Assembly: GCF_006345805.1 (NCBI RefSeq)
Contig: NW_021835143.1
Coordinates: 1 to 50,427, forward strand
Reading direction: 5' to 3'
Length of the DNA stretch: 50,427 nt
Origin: Octopus sinensis
Taxonomy: Eukaryota
Within the stretch, counting starts at the first letter, position 1, and each line of letters begins with the position of its first letter. Of this stretch, positions 45,901-50,427 are shown one piece after another. The position numbers and the translations under genes are program-made. The notes under the pieces are model-generated. The model had not been told where the DNA came from. It saw nothing but the letters and a program-made list of their open reading frames with translations, and did no database searches.

Positions 45901-46982
45901 GCCTATATTGTACTCTTGTTAACATCATCATAGTTTTAACATCCACTTTTCCATGCTTGCATGGGTTAGATGGAGTTTCGTTGAGACAAATTTTTCAATA
46001 ACTAGAGGCTCTTCCTGTTACCAACCCCATGACCAAACATGCCTTGGAAGATTGGGAACAAAGGACACAACATCAAAACAAGGAGACAGTAACATACACA
46101 ATTGTACACATACACTAGGGGCTTCTTTCAGTTTCCATCTACCAAGTTTCATCACGAGGCTTTGGATGGCTTGGGGCTTTAGTAGAAGACACTTGCCCAA
46201 AACTGTCATCCAATGGGATTGAACCTGGACCACTTCTTACCACACAGCCATGCCTGTACAATATTGAAAAAATGGTGACAGATAATAATTCTTTTGGGGA
46301 CACCATCTGTACAATAATTAGAGAATTATGGAAATGAGAGATTATAAGGATTAGAATATTCTTGAAGCAGTTACATACAAAAAAATTTGTTCCATGGCTA
46401 AAAGATTAAATAGCAAAATATACCTGTTTATCATCATCGTTAATTATACTTCCACCAACATAAAACTAATGGTCGCAGTGATGGTATCAATGACAAATTA
46501 AATTGATCTCTATATATCTTATTTATTGATTTCTATTCCATACAAAAATACTGGCTAGGTATGGAGAGACTTTACGCAAAGGTGAAGGCATAAACTCCTG
46601 TCTCTTTCGTATTTTGCTGATGGAAAAATAATTAGTGTGATTAATATTAGCCATAATGTAATGTTTTTATCTTTTTTAACCAGACAGGTGAATCTAGATT
46701 AGCCATTTAATGCTCTCATTCATACAACAAATACATAACAAGAACACCAGGACTTACAAACACATATAACATACAGAAAATTGCACTACTAGGCACTGCA
46801 CACATCCTACGCAGAACACTTTCTATACAATAACCATCAGAGCATCACAACAAATCACAGCACATACCCAAGGCACACAGAGCTGCGCTTGGTAGTGAAG
46901 TGAAAGCACGCTATAAAAATAAAACTACTGAATAATAATAATAATAATGATAATAATGATAATAATAATGATAATAATAATG

Positions 46983-47023
<41 letters not shown>

Positions 47024-47051
47024 GATAATAATAATAATAATAATAATAATA

Positions 47052-47606
47052 AATGCCCTGATGCAGTACCAGGCAGTGGCTCTCATGGCTTCTGATCTTA
47101 ACTGATTGGAAGTGTTATCATGTACACTGTTTTGTCTTGGTATAAAAGATGGGTTACAGCAAATATTCTGCTCAATACCACAGATTTGCTTGTCAGTTGT
47201 TTGACCATAACCAGTTGAGCATGTCCCTTCGTGGCTGACGATATGTGCATCTCTGATCACGAGCAGAAGTAGTGGGGGAGTATCATAACCATGTGTTGAG
47301 AGGGATTCTTTGGGGTTTGAATAATTCATCTCTGGAAACATGGGTGTTTCGTTCAACATCCTTAAACAACCCTTATTCAGGGACCTTTTGAGTGGAATGG
47401 GCTACTCAACCTGAAGAAAATTCTAACTGGGCCCCACCTGCAAGGTCATGTGCTGTTTATCTTGATATGAGATCACCATGTCACGCACATATGGTTGTGA
47501 TGCATGTGCCTGGTGTACCCTTATCAGACGGATAGTCATGATGGGTATACTGGGCTTCGTATATTTTATTCCAGTGTCACTTTGATGGCATGCACTGCTC
47601 TCACTC

Positions 47607-47641
<35 letters not shown>

Positions 47642-47680
47642 TAATAATAATAATAATAATAATAATGATGATGATGATGA
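47052..47680 (+). mobile_element. Family E retroelement 3' end flanked by (AAT)n arrays
   Basis: About 555 bp, longer at its 5' end than the 33857 copy; (AAT)n at 46930-47050 and 47608-47680. Confidence 0.8.
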
Positions 47681-47971
47681 TTTTATTTATTTGCCACAAG
47701 GGTGAACAATGAAGGAGTACGATACAAAGACAAACATAAAGTGTGGGGTTTACATATAATGAAATGATAAGAAAGAAAGAAAAGTCTACAAGGTATATAC
47801 TGAAAAAGAAGGGAGAAATGCAGACAAAGGTTAAAAAAAAGGGCTGGGGAGGAGGATGATAGAGATGTGGCCCTCCAGATACAGGAATGCCTCTAGGGAT
47901 AATTGAGGAACCCCACTGTCTGAGATATCCCCGAAGCAAGTGCTCTTTCCTATTCTTTCTCTCCCACTCAC

Positions 47972-49485
47972 AGGTCTACACTTAGAGAGGTACCATCCAC
48001 TCTTGCCAGGTCTACACTTAGAGAGGTACCATCCACTCTGGCCAGGTTTACACTTAGATAGGTACCATCCACTCTGGCCAGGTCTACACTTAGAGAGGTA
48101 CCATCCACTCTTGCCAGGTCTACACTTAGAGAGGTACCATCCACTCTGGCCAGGTCTACACTTAGAGAGGTACCATTCACTCTTGCCAGGTTTACACTTA
48201 GAGAGGTACCATCCACTCTTGTCAGGTCTACACTTAGAGAGGTACCATCCACTCTTGTCAGGTCTACACTTAGAGAGGTACCATCCACTCTTGCCAGGTC
48301 TACACTTAGAGAGGTACCATCCACTCTTGCCAGGTCTACACTTAGAGAGGTACCATCCACTCTGGCCAGGTTTACACTTAGAGAGGTACCATCCACTCTT
48401 GCCAGGTCTACACTTAGAGAGGTACCATCCACTCTTGCCAGGTCTACACTTAGAGAGGTACCATCCACTCTGGCCAGGTCTACACTTAGAGAGGTACCAT
48501 CCACTCTGGCCAGGTCTACACTTAGAGAGGTACCATCCACTCTTGCCAGGTTTACACTTAGAGAGGTACCATCCACTCTTGCCAGGTCTACACTTAGAGA
48601 GGTACCATCCACTCTTGCCAGATTTACACTTAGAGAGGTACCATCCACTCTTGCCAGGTTTACACTTAGAGAGATACCATCCACTCTGGCCAGGTCTACA
48701 CTTAGAGAGGTACCATCCATTCTTGCCAGGTCTACACTTAGAGAGGTACCATCCACTCTTGCCAGGTCTACACTTAGAGAGGTACCATCCACTCTGGCCA
48801 GGTTTACACTTAGAGAGGTACCATCCACTCTTGCCAGGTTTACACTTAGAGAGGTACCATCCACTCTTGCCAGGTCTACACTTAGAGAGGTACCATCCAC
48901 TCTTGCCAGGTCTACACTTAGAGAGGTACCATCCACTCTGGCCAGGTCTACACTTAGAGAGGTACCATCCACTCTGCCAGGTTACACTAGAGGGTACCAT
49001 CCACTCTGGCCAGGTTTACACTTAGAGAGAACAGTCTAGAGAGGTACCAATCCACTCTGGCCAGGTCTACACTTAGAGAGGTACCATCCACTCTGGCCAG
49101 GTCTACACTTAGAGAGGTACCATCCACTCTGGCTAGGTCTACACTTAGAGAGGTACCATCCACTCTGGCCAGGTCTACACTTAGAGAGGTACCATCCACT
49201 CTGGCCAGGTCTACACTTAGAGAGGTACCATCCACTCTGGCCAGGTCTACACTTAGAGAGGTACCATCCACTCTTGCCAGGTCTACACTTAGAGAGGTAC
49301 CATCCACTCTTGCCAGGTTTACACTTAGAGAGGTACCATACACTCTTGCCAGGTCTACACTTAGAGAGGTACCATCCACTCTTGCCAGGTCTACACTTAG
49401 AGAGGTACCATCCACTCTTTAACACGCCTTTCAAGAAACTCTCAAGGACAATCCTTTCTACTAAAGGCACAAAGGCCTGAAATTT
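47972..49485 (-). CDS. Candidate phase 0-0 exon KFQAFVPLVERIVLESFLKGVL(KSGWYLSKCRPG)n...KCRP
   Basis: Acceptor tgtcccctatccccAG|A at 49486/49485; perfect GTGAGT donor at 47971 exactly where the array ends, at a codon boundary; ORFs 49036..49530 and 47831..49000 encode the same repeat. Confidence 0.4.
47974..49420. repeat. 36-bp minisatellite, ~40 copies
   Basis: Unit ggt(c/t)tacacttagagaggtaccatccactct(t/g)gcca; irregular units near 48975-49050. Confidence 0.97.
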
Positions 49486-49761
49486 CTGGGGATAGGGGAC
49501 AAGTTGATGCCATTGACTCCAGTGTTTCACTGGTCCTTAATTTATCAATGACGGCGATGATGATGATGATGATGATGATGATGTCGATAACAATGATAAT
49601 GACCATATTGATGATGATGATGATGATGATGATGAGGGTGTTGGTAACGAAAATAATGACAATGAGATTGATGATCCTCTTCACTTCTGTCCTCTTCTTC
49701 TGCAGCCCTTTCCTTGTTTCTTTTTTTTTTCCATTCCTTCTTTTCTTTTTTTTTCCTTTAC

Positions 49762-49851
49762 CTCTTCAATCCTCTTCCACCTCCGTTTCCCCTCCTCCTC
49801 CTCTGAATGCCATCTTGTTCTTTCAACTTCTCTTCTTCTCATCATCATCAT
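49762..49851 (-). CDS. Candidate first coding exon MMMMRRREVERTRWHSEEEEGKRRWKRIEE
   Basis: In-frame upstream TGA, ATG run at 49851, donor GAG|GTAAAG at 49761 in phase 0; low-complexity purine-rich sequence, so weak. Confidence 0.2.
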
Positions 49852-49953
49852 ATTTTTGTTTTTTTTGTTTTTTTCATCTCATCGTTTGGTTTATTATTTC
49901 TCCTTTCCTTTGTATCCTGAGTAGATGGAGATGACGGTGAGGCGGCGTGGGCT

Positions 49954-50002
49954 TCACGTCACGTAATCATGTATCCATTGATCAGCAACACTCATTGATT
50001 GG
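49954..50002. promoter_or_regulatory. CRE/ATF-like and CCAAT motifs, candidate promoter
   Basis: tcacgtcacgtaat (49954-49967), inverted CCAAT at 49998-50002, local CpG enrichment. Confidence 0.25.
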
Positions 50003-50261
50003 TATTGATCTCTCTCCGCTCTCTCTCTCAGTCTCACATCTTAAGAATTCTATTCACTCAACGCAAACAATTACAAATTGAGAAACGAAAACGACAACAA
50101 ATAAAGAAATGTCTAAGTGCACGTAGAGCTGTTTACTTAAGAAGCTCACTTTGCAACCATGTGGATCCAGGTTCAATCTCACTAAGTGACGCATTTAGCC
50201 AGTTGTCTTTTATTGCAATCTCCGGTTGACCAATAATTTTGAGCAGAATTTCTTATATTCT

Positions 50262-50427
50262 TTTTACTCTTACTCTTTTACTTGTTTCAGTCATTTGACT
50301 GCGGCCATGCTGGAGCACCGCATTTAGTCGAGAAACTCGACCCCGGGACTTATTCTTTTGTAAGCCCAGTACTTATTCTATCGGTCTCTTTGGCCGAACC
50401 GCTAAGTGACGGGGACGTAAACACACC
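50262..50427 (-). mobile_element. Family A SINE right half, cut by window edge
   Basis: Reverse complement of tail and right half. Confidence 0.9.

Noticed and set aside
46925-47359. 144-aa minus ORF ending in poly-Ile
   Set aside because: Antisense frame of the family E retroelement running into (ATT)n
49801-49816. Kozak-perfect aagATGG on the minus strand (ATG at 49813) as the gene start
   Set aside because: That frame stops after 15 codons (MAFRGGGGETEVEED*) before the donor

Overview
Eukaryotic, AT-rich, extremely repeat-dense DNA. The SINE/LINE families and microsatellite load look like octopus (coleoid cephalopod) intronic or intergenic sequence; this is recognition from memory, not a database result. 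There is no rRNA, true tRNA, CRISPR array or long intact conventional ORF, and almost all ORF-track entries are by-products of microsatellites, minisatellites or SINEs. Supported content: about 20 copies or fragments of a bipartite tRNA-derived SINE; two or three other SINE families; 3' ends of two RTE-clade LINEs; two CR1-clade LINE remnants (one split by a TTAA MITE, one with its ORF2 stop region amplified six times); a DD37D (maT) Tc1/mariner remnant; TTAA/CCC-ended MITEs; non-autonomous Helitron-type elements; a 2.4-kb foldback; several inverted duplications; and large minisatellites (60, 27, ~18, ~123 and 36 bp units). The most interesting signals are (i) four to five degenerate minimal hammerhead-ribozyme-like motifs in Penelope-like fragments, some with non-canonical cores, and (ii) phase-compatible candidate minus-strand exons, two of which coincide with stop-free minisatellites whose unit is a multiple of 3 and which abut or contain splice donors. 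All gene models are unverified inferences. Several arrays show indel noise suggesting long-read consensus errors. Boundaries were read by eye and may be off by a few to a few tens of bases.
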